64,000 nucleotides of DNA from positions 13,728,850 to 13,792,849 of the forward strand of contig NC_134029.1 of the NCBI RefSeq assembly GCF_964204645.1. The letters are read 5' to 3'. Below are positions 63,720 through 64,000 of the stretch, one piece after another (within the stretch, counting starts at the first letter, position 1; the number at the start of each line of letters is the position of its first letter). Made by a program: the position numbers and the translations under genes. The stretch is from Tubulanus polymorphus. Lineage: Eukaryota; Animalia; Nemertea. The notes under the pieces are model-generated. The model was not told where the DNA came from. It saw only the letters and a program-made list of their open reading frames with translations, and did not search any database.

Positions 63720-64000
63720 ATGGTCTCGACAATTAGGAATTAAATCACAAGAATATAAAAAAGCTGGAAAAGAAAAAATAAGTAATAAAAATGTTAATAA
63801 AAATGGTGAAAATATTGTTATTTCTACTCCTTCTGATAGTAGAATATTTGATAAATATCTATATTTTACAGTTGGATTTGTAATTGTATTCATTTTGATT
63901 GGGTGTAATTGGTATAAGAAATCAAATAAAATTCATGATATTAGTAATTCTGAACCAACTGCTATCAAAAATGAAAGTACTTCTGAAATTCCAAAATTTA
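63652..64000 (+). CDS. basic single-TM protein, runs off the window (not in the ORF track)
   Basis: TAAATG start; MSEVKEV...KKKPRTQKQIEWSRQLG...YLYFTVGFVIVFILIG; homologues near 39775 (-) and 14972 (-). Confidence 0.7.
   Translation, partial: MSEVKEVKELPVKKKPRTQKQIEWSRQLGIKSQEYKKAGKEKISNKNVNKNGENIVISTPSDSRIFDKYLYFTVGFVIVFILIGCNWYKKSNKIHDISNSEPTAIKNESTSEIPKF

Larger units (their letters stand above)
49308..64000 (+). mobile_element. Polinton-like copy 6 (type A), best preserved; right end outside the window
   Basis: Terminus AGTAATTAGAAAAGTGGGG at 49308; compact gene array with intact MCP, integrase and ATPase. Confidence 0.95.

Overview
This is very AT-rich eukaryotic DNA, probably invertebrate, with no host gene recognisable. 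It is a nested cluster of at least six copies or fragments of a Polinton/Maverick-like integrated DNA virus (pPolB, rve integrase with chromodomain, A32/FtsK-type packaging ATPase, putative major and minor jelly-roll capsid proteins, several membrane proteins). These are interleaved with a Penelope-like retroelement carrying a hammerhead ribozyme, a Bel/Pao fragment and satellites. One copy is complete (22318-42606, TIRs, 6-bp TSD CCTGAC) and one is nearly intact but runs off the window (49308-64000). Highlights: (1) a 355-codon LAGLIDADG intein sits in the catalytic YxD|TDS motif of one pPolB, with empty alleles in the same window and an island of divergence around the site suggestive of homing. 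(2) The elements encode a poxvirus VLTF3/A2-like late transcription factor and nearly every gene starts at a T-run/TAAATG motif like a poxvirus late promoter, suggesting an endogenous hyperparasite of a poxvirus-like helper. (3) They have covarying ~190-bp palindromic termini, swappable replication modules and a free-standing HNH nuclease. All family assignments come from motif recognition by eye, not database searches.
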